Below are positions 62,002 through 64,000 of a DNA stretch of 64,000 bases, one piece after another. How positions within the stretch are numbered: position 1 is the stretch's first letter; each line of letters opens with the position of its first letter. Below the pieces are notes generated by a model, which worked only from the letters and a program-made list of their open reading frames with translations, had not been told where the DNA came from and searched no databases. Source of the stretch: Squalus acanthias (taxonomy: Eukaryota); contig CM059429.1 in the NCBI GenBank assembly GCA_030390025.1, forward strand, positions 138,508,001-138,572,000, read 5' to 3'. The translations under genes and the position numbers were made by a program.

Positions 62002-63779
62002 GGTGAAACTAGAACTAGGGGGCATAGTCTTAGAATAAGGGGCTGCTCTTTCAAAACTGAGATGAGAAGGAACTACTTCACTCAGAGGGTGGGAGGTCCA
62101 TGGAATATGCTGCCCCAAAAAGCTGTAGAAGCTACATCATTACATAAATTTAAAACAGAAATAGACAGTTTCCTAGAAGTAAAGGGAATTAAAGGTTATG
62201 GGGAGCGGGCAGGAATTTGGACATGAGTCTAGGTTCGGATTGGTCATGGCCCTGTGGGTAGCGTAGCGGGCCCTGGGGCCGTGTAGCCTGATCCTGCTCC
62301 TATTTCGTGTGTCCAATTCTGTTAGGTTCAGGAGATGGTTCTGTGATAGTAGATTGGCGGTTAGGATCAGATCAGCCATGATCTTATTGAATGGCGGAGC
62401 AGGCTCGAGGGGCCAATTGGCCTACTCCTGCTCCTATTTCTTATGTTCTTATACAACCCATGGAGTACTGTGAGCAGTTCAGGGCACCACACTTTAGGAA
62501 GGATATATTGGCCTTGGAGGGAGTGCAGTGTAGGTTTACCAGAATGATACCTGGACTTCAAGGGTTAAATTACGAGGAGAGATTACACAAACTAAGGTTG
62601 TATTCCCTAGAATTTAGAAGGTTAAGGGGTGATTTGATCGAAGTCTTCAAGATACTAAGGGGAACAGAAAAGGTAGATAGAGAGCAACTATTTCCACTGG
62701 TTGGGGATTCTAGGACTACGTGGCATAGTCTAAAAATTAGAGCCAGACCTTTCAGGAGTGAAATTAGGAAACACACAAAGGGTGGTAGAAGTTTGGAACT
62801 CTCTTCCGCAAATGGCAATTGATGCTAGATCGCCTGTTAATTTTAAAGCTGAGTTTGATAGCTTTTTGTTAACCAAACATATTAAGGGATATGGGGCAAC
62901 GGCGGTATATGGAGTTAGGCCGCAGATCAACCATGATCTCCTTGAATGGCGAAAGAGGCTCGAGGAGCTAAATGGCCTACTACTGTTCCTATGTTCCTAT
63001 GTTCTTCCTATTTAAATACCCCAGATGGATTTTTCTGGGCTGGCGAGTGAGAAAGAAAGAATTAAAGATGGCACAGGTGGGAATTGGGTTGGTCAGGAAT
63101 TTCCTCATCATCCTCTTTCAATTTCCTCATCATCTTCCTCTTTCTCCTCAGCAGCATCTTGCTATGACTCATCTAAGGGGGAAAATCAAATGGAAAGATT
63201 TTAATCATGTAGACTGGTTACTGGATGTCACAGCGCAATTTGAAGGAGGCTGATCAGGTGGCTTACATGTGTGCTAAGTGTGCACAAGCCACAATTATGG
63301 CAAGCTCTGGTGGTTCTGACAGTCCTGCAGCTCCTATTGAGACTCTATCTTGTCCCTTCCAACAGATTCTTCTGTCTGCCTCTGCTGAATCTGCTGAATC
63401 TGCAAGGCTTCCTCCTCTTGTGGCGGCAATGGTCCAATATTTGTGGGTCCTCCACCTGTAGCCTGTAACTCGGTATTGTTTTGGGAGACATTCTCTTGTG
63501 ATGAAGTGTAGAAGAGAATAGATAGGAGTTCAATATTGACAGCAGAGTAATGTCTCTTGTTCCAAAAGCACCACCCGTCAGCTTCTGACAGGGGCTGAGA
63601 CCTGCACAGTGTAAGTGATGGCATTTCAGGAGGCATGCTCATGTGTGCCACTTCTAGAGAGGGCTCATCTTATTCTTGCAATTATTCCAGGGTGGAGATA
63701 AGGATGGAAACGTAACATTTGAGCCTTATATCGCAGGGAGGTTCATTCCTGAGGAGCTCACAGTTTTCACAGGTTATGA

Positions 63780-64000
63780 GAATAGAATGGCAGCTAACAT
63801 AAAAGGTAATCCAAAAGTCTTCTATAGGCATACAAATAGTAAATGGGTAGTAAGAGGAGGGGTGGGGCTGATTAGAGACCAAAAAGGAGACCTACGCATG
63901 GAGGCAGAGGGTATGGCTGAGGTGCGAAATGAGTACTTTGCATCTGTCTTCACCAAGGAGGAAGATGCTGCCATAGACATAGTGAAGGAGGAGGTAGAGG
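63780..64000 (+). mobile_element. CR1 ORF2 fragment running off the window end
   Basis: NIKGNPKVFYRH..MAEV.NEYFASVFTKE peptide. Confidence 0.8.

Larger units (their letters stand above)
51630..62449 (+). mobile_element. Inner CR1 (51630-52553 plus 62002-62449) split by the ERV
   Basis: RT peptides at 51630-52553 continue as ETRTRGHSLRI after 62002; 3' tail CTTATGTTCT. Confidence 0.88.
51290..63010 (+). mobile_element. Outer CR1 (51290-51629 plus 62450-63010) split by nested insertions
   Basis: The peptide continues from ..MLQLY (51629) to EYCEQFRAPHFRKD (after 62455); TATACA is duplicated at 51624-51629 and 62450-62455. Confidence 0.8.

Overview
This is vertebrate genomic DNA, most likely elasmobranch (shark). 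That call rests on SacSINE1/Deu-type SINE ends and abundant CR1, L2, RTE, Tx1, Penelope and PIF/Harbinger elements. Most of the window is transposon-derived. One host gene can be assembled on the + strand: a B7/butyrophilin-type immunoglobulin-superfamily gene. Its coding exons are signal peptide 28660-28709, IgV 31955-32296, IgC 38889-39170 and a terminal exon 40482-40534. All three introns are phase 1, giving a 241-aa protein with no transmembrane segment that ends ...GKKLSDL. Its upstream region is tandemly duplicated (~10920-21470 and ~22125-26693). Both copies keep a multimeric ISRE and a 191-bp block that is 100% identical. That block holds an S-X1-X2-Y arrangement with the spacing I recall for MHC class I (NLRC5-type) promoters. 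The right end holds a four-level nest: CR1 > CR1 > endogenous retrovirus > Penelope element. The provirus (52554-62001, minus strand) has a 5-bp TSD, a tRNA-Ser PBS, gag late domains and a spuma/loki-like RT, but RNase H and most of env are deleted. The Penelope element carries two inverted hammerhead ribozyme motifs. A full-length Harbinger transposon sits in the IgV-IgC intron. All calls were made by eye, so boundaries of old repeats are approximate.
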